DNA from: Lytechinus pictus
Lineage: Eukaryota
NCBI RefSeq assembly: GCF_037042905.1
Contig: NC_087247.1
Span: 60,822,001-60,886,000 of the forward strand
Length of the DNA stretch: 64,000 bases
Reading direction: 5' to 3'
Below, piece by piece: positions 12,501 to 26,953 of this stretch. The translations under genes were made by a program, and so were the position numbers. The notes beneath the pieces are model-generated. The model was not told the DNA's origin. It saw nothing but the letters and a program-made list of their open reading frames with translations, and did no database searches. Positions within the stretch are counted from its first letter, which is position 1; the number at the start of each line of letters is the position of its first letter.

Positions 12501-15500
12501 ATTCAAACAATAACTCCCATGACAACCAAAACATGAAGTTGTGATATTTGATGGTAGTGGAACTGACAATCATAGATTGATGACTAATTCTACTAGTAAA
12601 TTTCAGGTAGTTTTTTTTAATATTTAAATGTGGACACAAACAAGGATTATGATGGGAGATATGTAAAGTCCTGCTATAAAATTGGACAATAAAAGAGTTA
12701 AAATGCAATTAAATACCTCAAATTAATAGGAATCTGCTTTATTACTTTTTTTTCAAACTAACTTTCATCCCCTTCATGTTTCAAATTGGACTATGCTGTG
12801 TTCCATTCAAAAGGAAGCTATTTATTATAAGCCCTGCTTTTTTATATTTCCCCTTCCTACTTTAACTTCCTGTGTCTCAAACCTACATCTTCCTGTGTTA
12901 TTAACATTGTAACATTTCTTAGGAATTCCATATTTCTTTAATAGTCTTTGTCTTATGTTATTAATGGTATATCAATACTATTTTTTTACATATGAAAAAT
13001 AAGCCAAACTGATATGAACTTAAATTACATTTCATTCCCCTAATCCTAATGGCAAATGCATTAAAAAATATTCCTCTTAATGAGCATTATGAAAGCCTTT
13101 CTCCTGCTGATACCTTCTTGATAAGTAGCTGAGAATCCTCTTCCACTGACAGAGTAGTCTGATTGCCATTCAACACGCATACCATTGCCTGTAGAATGAA
13201 TAGGTTCTGGGATTGTACTTCCACAGAATGTCCCAAGAATTGGACTTGAAGTATCTAAACCATCAAGGACCTGGACACAACATACACATAAATAGACAGA
13301 TAAGAGCAACAGTTATAAATTACCTTCAGTTAGACAACTGTAGATCTCGATGTTCAGGACCTAATTACACAAATCTGGGCAATTGATCACAAAGTTGAAC
13401 TTCTCTGATTGATTGTATTGTATTAACAAGAGCCATCATTATAATGAAATAAAAGCAGAAAGGACTTTTCCAAACAATAGATACACTAGCAAACAAATTG
13501 TTAATTATTATTTAAAGAGAAAGATTCAGTAAAATATTGTACCTTGACATAATCAAAAACACAGGAGGAGTGATCTTCAACATCAAAGTCTGAGAAGGTG
13601 AGAATGATTTGTGACCCTTGGGCTACTGACATTGTCCATACACAGAAAGCATCATGGTTATATGCATATGGGTAGCTTGGTGATGTAAAACTACCTGTAG
13701 GTGACGTTAAGGTTCCTCCACATCCTGATATAGAAAATTAAATAAGAGTAAAGCTAGTATCATATACGATTAGAAAGTATTTGAAACAAAATACACTGTA
13801 AAATCTTAATTGATTTTAATTAATATCACATTTGTTCTCTAATAATTGACCCTGCTTCATCAAGAGATATCTAATGTAGGGTTAGTGTTGTGATATTTTG
13901 ATTCAGGAAGATACAAAGACTAGGTTCAGGGCTAAGGTATCGAATCAGATTTGAACTTTATTTTGCAGATTTTCCATCTGTGCATGAGTTAATTGAGCAG
14001 ATGTCAATTGATCCAATAATTATCATTTTTTAATGTATTTGGATAAAATTATCTACAGCAAAACTATCAAATTAAATGGCACTTTTATCCTTGTGCAAAA
14101 TTAACAAATAGACACTCAAAGCTATAATTCATTTTAAAAAAATTGTAGGAAAAAACAGTGTCCATTAGTTAATAGTTGATGATAGTAAAGATGAATTTTA
14201 GAGATCACCTGTTGCTGTAGAATCAAAGGATGCAGAAAATCCTGTGGCAGTGACTGAGGCATCAGAGTGGAAATTGATTCTCATTTGATGACTATGAGAT
14301 ATGAATGTTGTAGGATTAATAGATGAACCACAGTAGGTACCAACTAATGGTGAACTTTCATAACCACCATTCCTAAAAAACAAAGATACATAATAAGATA
14401 GTTATTAGAATTGATACTTTCCTCAAAGACAATGACCTTTCCCTAGTGGTTTCATATACTCTCCAGATTGAATAAATCAAATTTGTTTTTTTTAATTGAT
14501 AAGAATCATATTCTGTTTTTTATGAAGTGCTTATCACATTGGAACAACGACTTTAGGGGCTTTACATATATCATTACCCTGGCCATGATGTAAATGTTGA
14601 ACAAATTAAAGTCACAGGAGTGAGCTTCTTGTCTTTTCAAATGTCTATTGATTCACTCACATGCAGTCTTATTACATTTGTATTTTAATACTGGAGAAGC
14701 TGAGGTACATTTTTGTCAATGTAAATGATACAAACATCTTCACTGCATGTAAAGTACAATATAGCTCATGCTAGATGTTGAAATGTGTTGAATTTGAAAT
14801 GGTAAAAGTCATGAACACTGAAATTCGTACCTGATAGTGACATAATCATACACACAACTAGAATGAGCCTCTAAGTTAAAGTCTGTAAAGTTGATAGAAA
14901 CTTGATTTCCAACTGGAGCATTGATGGTCCACACACAGTCTCTATTGTTAGGGTAATTGTTGGGGTAGTTGGGACTTGAAAAGACTCCAGTATCACCAGA
15001 TAAGGTTCCACCACAATCTGAATGGAACACAGAAACATATCATTTCTTCATATGTAATGTATCGAGTTATATTCTCCACTCCAAATATAAATGTTTGATA
15101 TCAAAGTAAAACATATTTTTTTATTAAGCAGACAACAATTATACAACTACAATACCTGAGAAGCCTGAGGTGAGTTTTATCTAAAATGTCTAAAAATATG
15201 AAGTGACAAATAGTAACAGCGCTTCATATGGAACTATTGATTATACACGTATCTCTATCACACTACAAAAATAATACTTCAATGTTTACTTCAACTTAAA
15301 AGGCCTGGGAATCCATCTCCCCTCCACATAGCCACACAATTTTTTTTTCCTTTCGAGTCTCGCTCAACTATCGAGACCAAATTTGCAACGCCCAGATACG
15401 TGGTTATGAAATTATGCAACATTATGTAAGTGCACGTCAGACCAAAAATTTGTCAAAACTATGAATTCATGTGCCAATCCAATACAAATTGTGTTTTTAG

Positions 15501-18500
15501 CCATATTCATATATGTCTCATTATCTCTACTTTTACCGATAAAAATCAATTACTTTTGACTGTTTATGATCAGAATTAAGTGGGCAACAAATATCATAAA
15601 ACACGTAAAAAGAAGAAACTTGAAATACAAAAAAATATAAGAGATCTAAAAAAACGTAAAGTACATAACAGGGTTTCCAGCTTTTCAAGAAAACAAAATT
15701 CCCTGTTTTTTCCCTGATGAAGTTTAAAAATTCCCTGATAATTATTTAACCCATTCCCAGTTTTGTATGTTTTGTAAGTTGTTGCAGTGAATTACATGTA
15801 TTTTCAGTATAAAATTTTGTACTGCAATCAAAGAAGCTACACTAAAAAACCACTATAACCAGTCATTCAATGGATGTTGCTTTGATATGCAACAAAATAT
15901 AACAAGAGTCTGACTATCTTGCTTTTGACTTATGGACCAATCAAAGTTCCCTGATTTTTCCCTGATTTGGGGTAATTTTAATCAAATTCCCTGATTTTTC
16001 ACTGACTGGAAAAAAGTAAAATAATTTTCCCTGATGGGCTGGGAACCCTGACATAAAGAAAAAAGTGTGATACCGAATTTGTTACCTTTGGTTGGAATCC
16101 TACAGAGAGTTTGTGAATAGAAAATTAGCTGTTTGGGGGCTGTATTTATTTAATTAGCGCAAATTCATTATTTTACACATGAATTTGCATAACTAATTCA
16201 TATAAAAAAGTCATATCATTTAAGATAAACTAACCATACAGCATTGTAGATCTCATTGCACACTACTCCTGTGCAAATTTTTATGGCGCTTGCGAGATCA
16301 GTGGCCGAGATCTATGGGGGGCGAAATCCATCCCCTCGTGAGATGGTCCAAATAACCTGACTCTATTCAGGTTAATGGTTACTTTAATGAAGAAATTGGA
16401 TAAAGCTACTTTCTACCATCCATCAAATTGTCAATGCTTTCAATGAAATCCAATCATTTTGATTTGTAATCTATATTTAGGCATAGAAAGATCCATTCAG
16501 GACATGTATACAACTTACAGTGATGAAGAAATTATGTTTGATCTGAGATACAACAATGTCCATACAAATATGTCAATATCTAGTCAAGATAAAACAAGAT
16601 ACTTGATGACCTATGGTATATAATACATTGTGACCATGGTACTTACATGTTGATGTATTAACTGCTACATAGGAGGCAGTGAAGCCTTCAAAAGCCACTG
16701 ATGAATCAGATACAAAGAGAACAGTCATCTGATTGCTGGAAGACATCATGACAGGAGGGGGTGTGGCACCACAATACCTACAAACAAATCAACATAGAGT
16801 TATAAAAAGTATTCAAGTTAGGAATAGATAGAAATGTGGAAGAGGAGATGGTATAAACTCATAGGAAATATGAGACAATGTTAGGAAAGACCAAAAGAAC
16901 AAGGAAACACTATCAAACATAAAAAATAGAGCACTGAGTGAGGGAGGGAATGGTAAGAAGCTCAGGAAGAGAAGGAGAAGAGCAAGACAAATTGAAATAG
17001 CATGAGAAAGATAAGAAGATGAACAAAAAACAAATTGATCAAATGTGAGCAACATCTGTGAGTGTGAAAATATAGTATGAAGGAAGGGAAATAGCAGTAT
17101 TGAACTTCATGTGAACTAAGCTGCTTAATAGAGAATCAGAAATATCTTTTTAAAATTGATAAATAATTACCTTCCAAGTAGTGTCACATTTGGGGTGACA
17201 TTGTCATAGATCTCTACATAGTCATAGGCACAGCTAGAATGGCTCTCCAGGTTGAATACATTAAAAGTCAGCTCTATTATCAATCCAGGATCTACGATAA
17301 TGTTGTAGTTGCAATTAGCACCATGGGGGTAGACACTACCATCAGAGGGAGAGCTAAACATTCCAGTATTATCCGTGAAGGTTCCACCACATCCTGCCAA
17401 ATACAAATTGCAATTCAATAACAATCAATTGATAATTACTGTGTGGGTAGACTCTACTACCAGAGTGAAGCTGACAAGAGTTAGTATAATGGCAGAAGTT
17501 CAGCCAAGACATGCAAAGGAACAACTGCCCAGATGCTCCAAAGAAAATGTGTCCTGTTTAATTAATAATTGGTGTTATCCATGGCCCAAAATAGAAAGGA
17601 TTGGTAAAACACGGGAATTTTTTCTTTTGTCTTAAATGCGGCCTCTCTCCAAATGAAATACCAACATGGATATTAAGTTTCATACCAAGGATCTAATACC
17701 ATGGGTTGACACTGTAAGATACTGGTGAACAGAACTTAACACTTGAATAATAATTGCAATACATCAGAGACTGTTACAAATGAAGATATCAACTTGAAAT
17801 CAACAATAATCAAGATGGTAATCCCAAACACAGTCATATATGTCAAGAATAATACAAGGTTTTACTCATACCTATATTGATATGAGTTTGAAAAGCAAAT
17901 TCATAAAACTTCACAAATACACATAGATTACACAAAAGAAAAAGTAATATAAACTTCTCATTCAAATCTGCCTATGACACTGATGTTATGATTCTCATTA
18001 TACTGTTTCTGCAAATATACTAAACTAAACTAAAGAATATAGCAGACAAGAAAATACCATCGTTGCCTGAGAACTCATAGTCAGCACTGAATCCAAAGTT
18101 AGCAACAGATCCATCGGTTGAGAACTTGAGATACATACTGCTTCCAGTGGTAGTAATAGGAGCTGGTATCTGATTACCACATAGAGTGGAGATCAGAGTA
18201 GCACTATCAGAGGCACCATCACGTACCTGATAAATAAACAGATTATTATCATTATTCACTTGGCAATTTCATATCAAAAATACATTGATGATACAATACT
18301 ATGAATAATGAACAGATTGGAAAGAAGACTTGCTGGATATTTGTTATCTCACTTTCATTTTCATTTAAAAAACAAGCTCATATGATTTTCTAAATATTGG
18401 TTTCCATAGGTCCATTTAATAGTTCACAAAACAAAAACCAGGACAAAATTGAAATGATTGAACATCCTAAGATATTGATTTATTTTGTTGGAACTACAAA

Positions 18501-21500
18501 AAAAATTAAGATAAATCAAATGAGATATATTTGTCCATATTTGTGAAATTTTTTATATGAAAAACAGGCTGTAAAGAGTAATTGTTTTTTTATGGAAGTT
18601 TTTCCCATGATACTCTATAAATAACACAAAAATACAATACTCATACATATCACTACAGTTATATTCACCTTTCTCAAAGAAACTTGTGCAATTACACTCT
18701 GCAGAGTGGGTTTGGCGCATCATTAATCATATCTATTAATATAATTATTATAATTCTTACCTCAATGTAATCATACAAGCAGCTATCATGACCTTCAATA
18801 TCAAAGAAAGTAAAGGTGAGAGTAACAACTTGGCCATCCGCAGCTGTGATCACATACTCACATGACTTGTCATGTGGGTAAGTATTAGGGAAGTATGGAG
18901 ACAGAATGGTTCCAGGAGATTCAGTGTATAGACCCCCACAAGCTGCAAAACAAAAGTAAATCATCAATTCATTTCTGCATAAGAATTTTCTCCAATGTAA
19001 AATGACATAATAAGAAAGGATGTAAATGATAAGGCTGTAATTCATCAAGGACCAAGTGTCATTTGGCACTTTGAAATGAAGGTGAACACCCCTTTCAAAG
19101 AAATAATTATACCAATATCAACTATATTATCAATTTTCTTTAATCAATTCATGATAGTAAATGTGGTACTGAAGAGATAGTGAGATGGTATAAAACATTT
19201 GGAGGATGAACCTGAGAAGAAATCTCTCCTACCAAATGACACAGCACACAAACAAAGATATACACCGACAATGTTTCATGGAATGTGACTGAACAATTTT
19301 ATTTTGTGAGGGGGGGGGACTACTCATCACACCAATTGAGAAGTTTGAATTTAACCATCTATCATGGATTACTTGGGTATAAAATGACATCATATCCATT
19401 ATGATCAAACAATGGGTGATTTAATGTTCTGAAGTCCTCTAGGACCACCTCTGGAAGAGGAAGGTTTTCATTTATACCTGTACAGTATAGCACACTTGTC
19501 GCATATATTTAATCATTGTATCCTATTCAAGTGCAGAAAAATTCTGAACTATCATGGCTGGAGGTATGTAAAGAATCTGTACCACATAGATTAATGTTTA
19601 CATATGATATCCTCACCAACTTCATAGGTAGCCCTAAAACCACCAGCATTGATAGATGCATCTGATTGGAAGAGGATCCACATTGTGTTTGAAGATGATG
19701 TGATCGGCCCAGGAATATCAGCAGAACGACAATAACGTCCAATGAAGGGAGAGTTCTCATTGAAACCATCACGAATCTATGAAAAAGGGAATGCATGTTG
19801 TTACTGATAGAATGAATGAAATCCAAATAATGCTTAGCAACTCTTTTGTGACTTAAATGACCATGTAAAACCTAAAATATATCACAGAGACTAATAGAAA
19901 ACAATTATTATTACATGACCACATAACCTTTGACCCCTACCAACACTTAACTCAAACATCACCCATTCCTGCTGCTACTGCGACTAGGATATTTTACAAT
20001 AACACATGATGTCAGTATGAATTTCCCAGATCCTTGAGGTGTTGCAGAGTTATCATGGAACTGCCATTTTGCAACTACCTCAACTACAGTAATCATACTA
20101 CATACATGATGTTTATTACATCTTCATCACCAATACTGTTGCTATTATATTGCTGATATTATTGCTGCTACCACTCCATGCTCTTCCACCATCTGGGGCC
20201 CATTTCATAAAGAGTTACAACTGTTGTAACTTTGCCATTATGGCAACTACCATGGAAAAGGGGCTCAGCAGCCAATCAAAATCAAGATTGCCATGGTAGT
20301 TGTAACTCTTTATGAATCGGGCCCTAAATCTTTCACTCACCACAGCCTCCCAACATCATTACAGCTACACCACTGCCAATATATGTCTCATGCTTACCTC
20401 TACATAGTCATAAACACAGTTAGTTGACTCCTCAATGAGTAGATCAGTTATAGTCAGTGTAATGACTTCTGTTGATGGTACTTGTATAGTCCAGATACAT
20501 TGTTGGTTGTGATTATAAGGGTTAGGGTAGTTAGGAGAGATAATGATACCACTATCAGCAGTTAAGGCACCTCCACAACCAGCATCAACTGTGAGGTAAC
20601 GTCGGATCAAGAAATCAAACAGAAATGGTTACTATGATTGAAAATTAAAAAATTCTATGTGTACTAATCCAATATAAATTTGGTTTTAAGCTAAAATCTA
20701 TAAATGTATGATTTTTTTGCTTTTATTTATCATAATCCATTATATTTATGCTATTTATGATCACAAAATTTTATCAAGAAATTACATGGAAAAAATGAAA
20801 GATTAAAAAAAAGATTTAGAGGGTCAAGTTCATATTTCTGAAGATGGAACTTAATAAAATGACAAAATAGAGTGAATACCAATTTTTAACACAATGCTAA
20901 ATCTGAATTTGGAATAGTGTTTTCTTACTAAGAAGAAAGAAAAGGAAGTCTTAAAAAAAATCTTATTAAGAAATTGACTTTTTAAAAGCTTTTTTGTAAC
21001 TTTATTTTCATAATGATTATACATTTCAACCATCATAAAAAAAATGCATCAACTAAATCATCATTAATTTATTACAATTGGCTGGGACAGGGATCTAATG
21101 TTGAACTGAAGAATTAAGAGAACATTAAAAAAGCTGATATTGAAGATAAAAATTATTCCTATCTACATTCTTACTTTGACTAGATGTATATGTGAGCTGG
21201 AAGCCAGTATCTGTTTCTGATGCATCGCTATGGAAACGGATGAAAGCATATGGTCCTGTCGTATCAACAGGTGGTGGTGTTTGACTGCTGCAATATGTCC
21301 CTAGCAATGGATCAGCTTCATTCAATCCATCAATGATCTAGAACATAAATCATCAATGGTCAAATGATTTGTTATATGTACACAAAATGATCTCACAGTT
21401 ATATCAACAATGCAAGAAACAAAATATTCACATGTATAACAAATCTCAACAGTGGTAGAGCCTTCAAATGTAACATTTAAGATTTCACTACTTTTTTCTT

Positions 21501-24500
21501 AATGGAAAACCAAAACAAATGATGTTACTAAGTATCAATGCATAAATGCACCCCTAGAACAAATCCACAATATGCCATCTTGAAAAAAGTAAACCAATGT
21601 CTTTACCAAGTTTTAACATTCTACTTTACCATATTAAATCTGTTTTTATTACATTTTAAGTGAAATAGGATATTTTTTTTTTAAATGACACAATACTCTA
21701 TGACAAATTTTTACCTTGAGATAATCATAGTCACATGAAGGATGGGACTCTAAATGAAGATCACCAAATGCAATGGTGATATAACGGCCTGCATCCACAG
21801 TGATAGTCCAGACACAGTCACGATTGACAGGGTAGTCACCGGGATAGCCTGGTGATTGTAGGTTGCCATGGTTATCACCAATCAATTGACCACCACATAC
21901 TATAATCAAAGAAGAAGGCAATGTAGACTAAAAAGAACAATGGATATTTATTTTGTATTGTGTAAAATGTCATCCTAGATGCAGAATATATCTCATAGAA
22001 GATGTCATGATGAGAAAGAAAGAAGCTTGATGTTAAAGACTGGTTGAAAAGCGTAAGATGCTCAAAACAGTGGCGGTTTGAAATTCATTATTGCATGAAT
22101 ATCAGGATCTCTTTCCTCCACCCCATCCCGCAATAAAAAGGGCAAGGAGAAGAAAATTGCTTAAATTTATTATAGTAATGATGATGACCAACTTCGGGAG
22201 AAGGGGCGGGCATCCTTCAATGATGAATGTATAACTACTTCAACTCTCTGAAAATATATCACTAATATTAGAGCTCTGCTTTCCAGCAAATCATAAAACC
22301 AGACCTCCTTAACCTTCTACAGAAATATAAAATGAATATAAGAGAAGGAACTAACCTGGATCTCTGGCATTCCATAGTATTTTAAAGCCTCCACCGTTGA
22401 CACTGATATCACTAAAGAACCAGATATACAGTGTATCATGAGTAGATGTAATATTAGCAGGAGCATTTGAACCACAGTACTTTCCAATGGGATTAGCCGC
22501 TGCAGATGACCCATCATTGATTTGGAGAAAATCATAATTACAATCTGGATGTTCTTCAATGTCAAATCGCTCAAAGAAGAGACTGATAACCTGAAAAAAC
22601 AACAACAAACAGAGTTCTTAAAGACTTTAAAATTGATAATAATGACACATGAAGAACATCAGAGTTTATAATTTCCATGTACAAAGTGTGAAGAAGAATG
22701 TCTGTCATTCACAACACACTTTTCAATACAATTCTAAATAGCCCTTCTTGGATTATTCTGAAATAAATTATGTTCTTCAAAGCCCTAAAGATTTTAATAA
22801 GCGTTTGAGCGACAGTGAATCCTTTCATCTTTTACCACAACTTGTACTGGAACAATCTCACATTCAACCCAACATTTTTGGGTTTTTTTTTTTACTTGTT
22901 TCAAACCAAGTAGCTTATCGATCATACTCATTATGGATACAAAGGTAACAACAACACAAATATTTTTGAAAGGGTATTTCAAGTGAATCCCCTAACAGTG
23001 CAATGAAGTGTGACAAAGATGAATAAAAAAGCTCATTTGAATTGAGACAGACGGCTCTGATAAGAAATTATTGATTTTTTTTTCCTCAATGGTGTATATT
23101 TTTTAAACCAGTTCAGGAACTTTTCAGACAAACCTCAAATGCTGTTTATCATTAATATTTACCTTGTCATCATTAGTATCGATAACCCAGGCACAGCTAA
23201 CTCCATGAGGGTATGCCTGCCCTTCTCCAGGAAATTCAAAGGAACCAGAAAGACCAGTGAGGTAAGCTCCGCATGCTGTAAAACCAAAATAAAATTATCC
23301 TAAAAATTAACAAAAGAAGAGATTTTTTATTAAAGCACCGGTGTATAATTTATTTCTATAAATGATTCAAAACTAGCTAATCACTAAATAGTGAGCCAGT
23401 GCAAATGGTAGTCTGCAGAGGAGATTCATGAAGTTATATCAACTGATGTATCTAGGTGGGGTTTTTATCTAATAAATACATGGCTAAGAAAAGTTGAACT
23501 GCATTTAGCATCTTTAATAACCATGATTCCCAATACCTGCAGTATGCAATGGTTGTTGAATATTCTTCAAATATAAATATATCAATGGGATCTTTTAGGA
23601 TACAACCCTTTTTTTTTTGGGGGGGGGGGGCAAAGATGAATTCTTGTCTGCACTATGGCTGATTTCACGGAACATGACCTTACCAACGCTTGTATCTGTA
23701 CAGGTATCTCCAGTCCATCCAGTTGGACATTGGCAGACAAATCCATTGACATCATCTGTACATGTTCCTCCATTCTGACAAGGATTAGTTGAGCAATCAT
23801 TAATATTCACATCACAGTTTGTACCCGTCCATCCAGGATCACAGATACATATGTATCCAGTACCTGTGTACTCACAGCGTCCATGAACACAGGGATTGTC
23901 ATTGCAGGAGGTACCTGATGCACTGCAGCCCCCATTACCAATACCTGAACCAGTGTACCCACTGGGACAGGTACAAGTCCGACCATCGGAAACACCTAGG
24001 ATCAAAACAAATATTGACTGAGATTTTACACAGAGACTTGCTTTGTATCATTTTTTTTTCTCTAGAAATCAGTAAGTAATTGATGGTCAAGTGTGTGTCC
24101 AATCTCAATTGATGTTTTTTTATGGATTTGAAAGCATTTATTTCTAGTATTTACCTTCATTTAAGCATAGAAATATTCAGATATCTAAATAGATCTACTA
24201 ATACTTTCATGCTTGATGTTATTTCAACATAAAGGCACTTTATAAATAATTCTTTTTAAAGAAAAGCCCTAATATTTCTCAAGTAAAATTTATTTAAGTA
24301 ATGAAATTAAAATTGAATATTGGGCATCTGAAGCATAAAATTCATAAAGCATATACAGGATATTCTAAGAAAAATAATATTAAAGGGATGGTCCGGGCTG
24401 AAAGAATTTATAGTTTAATAAATAGAGTAGAATTCACTGAGCAAAATGCCAAAAATTTCATCAAAATCGGATAACAACTAACAAAGTTATTGAATTTTAA

Positions 24501-26667
24501 AGTTTAGCACTATTTTGTGAAAACAGTCATCATGAATATTCATTAGATGGGCTGATGATGTCACATCTCCACTTGTTCTTTTGTATTTTATTATATGAAA
24601 ATAGGTTTATTCAATTTTTTTCCTCCAAGAACTAGAAAAATTGGATTGACATCTGATTTAGTGCATTAGATATTTATTGCTGCAACTTATTTCATTATAA
24701 GGGAGACTTATTATTCACACAAGTGTAAAATAATGAAAAAAAATATGATTTTATGTAATAACATTAGAAAACGGAAAGTGGAGATATGACATCAGCAGCC
24801 AACCTAATGAATATTCATGACAACTGTTTTCACGAAATATTGCTAAACTTTAAACTTCAATAACTGTATTATTTGTTATCCGATTTTGATGAAATTTTCG
24901 GCATTTTGCTCAGTGAATTCTACTCTATGTAATAAGATATAAATATTTTCAGCCCGGACCATCCCTTTAATTTTTGAGAAAGCTTACCTGAATTTTCTTG
25001 ACAGGTTGCTATTGGGTCACATCCACCATTATTAACATTGCAGATACCCACATACGTACATGTTACACCATCTCCAATATAACCTAAATAATGCAATAAG
25101 GAAGAAATAATTCTTATAATCAAGATATCAAACTGCAGTGATGAAAGCTTTTCAACCAGCTGAATTGCATTTAAAACATAATTTTTTTTAAAGAGATTCA
25201 TGGAATTTTGAGAATTTTTGAGAAAAAAAATGAAGAGAAGATATGAGTACGTAAAGGACAAGTCCACCCCAACAACAAATTTATTTGAATAAAAAGAGAA
25301 AAATCCAATAAGCATAACACTGAAAGTTTTATCAAAATCGGATGTAGAATAAGAAAGTTATGACATTTTAAATTTTCGCTTAATTTCAGAAAAGTTGAAA
25401 ACACTAATACTTGGAAATCCTCATAAGTCACAAATGATCATTTCCAAATTATTCTGGCACATTGTTAGCCTAAATTGTTCAGTTCATTTATTTCAAATTC
25501 CATATAAAAATAACATTTAAAAAAATTACATATAATACACAACAGGAGAGCAAAGATTAAACAATAATTTGGTATACATGGTATATACAAATAGTGTTAA
25601 CATATTGTAGTTATAACAGGAATTAGGGGAAAGCCACAAAAAGCCAGATGGCTTGTTGAGCAGGCTACCCTAGTAGGGGGAAATAAATTATTGTCAATAT
25701 TAAAATAAAACCAGATATGAAACTATATTGAAATTAAATTAACAGAAGAATAGGACAGATACCACACAACCCTATACAAAGCAGCATATCTAAAATATTT
25801 AAGATGTTAGCAAGTATTTCTTAAGTTTCCTTTTGAATACGTTAAGTGTTTTACAAGACCGAATTTCATTTAAAAAAGACCATTCCAAACTTTTGGGGCA
25901 CGATGTCGAAAAGATTGGTGTAAACATTTTTGCAACTGGGTATAAGTGATAATTTTCCCTAGTTCTTGTGTTATAACTATGTATATTACAATTTTTATTT
26001 ATCATACAGGAAATTGTGTTATGAAGAATTTTATTTTCATGTTTAAATATAAGTATTGCAATAACTTAGGTAAGATAGGATTAATGTATTATACAAAGTC
26101 AAAAGGACTAGTTGAGGGATAATATGATGGAGTTTGCTGATAACACCAACATTTTTTGCTACCTTATTTGTAATAGTAGAAATTTGAATACTCCATGATA
26201 ATTTTTCATCTATTAAAACACCTAAAAATTTTGTATGATGGACACGTTCAATAATTTTATCATTCATTTTGATTTGAAAATTATCCAAAGATTGCTGTGT
26301 TGACTTTTTTGAGTTGATATGAAAATATACATAATTAGATTTGTCTGTATTCAATAAAAGTTTATTTGAAGAGAACCAGAGTGAGACTTTCTTCAGTTCA
26401 GTATTAAGTAAAGTATTTAATGAAGAAAACAAATCACTGGAGATTAAAATGTTGGTGTCATCAGCAAACAAAATAAATTTGAGTTTGTCTGTGCAATATG
26501 GTAGATCATTGATAAAAATTAAAAATAACAGTGGGCCCTGAATGGACCCTTGAGGAACGCCACATGAAATTGAACGAGAGTCAGACAGGGTTTCATTGTA
26601 TGATACATATTGGGATCTATCATACAAATAATGTTTGAACCAAAGTCTCTTTTGACATGTATGTATG

Positions 26668-26705
<38 letters not shown>

Positions 26706-26916
26706 GTATAGTAATAGGGTGGAGCGAGTTGCTTAGATTTTAGTTGTACAGACTGTTTCCCCCTGAGGGTTCATCAGCAACTGATGAACCCTCAGGGGGA
26801 AACAGTCTGTACAACTAAAATCTAAGCAACTCGCTCCACCCTATTACTATACTACATGAAGCTCCTATATGTACATGTAGTTGAGCACTTTTCAGTAACT
26901 GCAGTTTCGTATAGTC

Positions 26917-26953
<37 letters not shown>

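Noticed and set aside
375-23275. Separate CUB genes or a tolloid/BMP1 gene
   Set aside because: All exons join in one frame after the EGFs and the cubilin N-terminus, and there is no astacin domain.
26781-26816. Plus-strand hammerhead copy as an independent ribozyme
   Set aside because: Upstream CAGCAA cannot pair with downstream CAACU, so stem I is missing.
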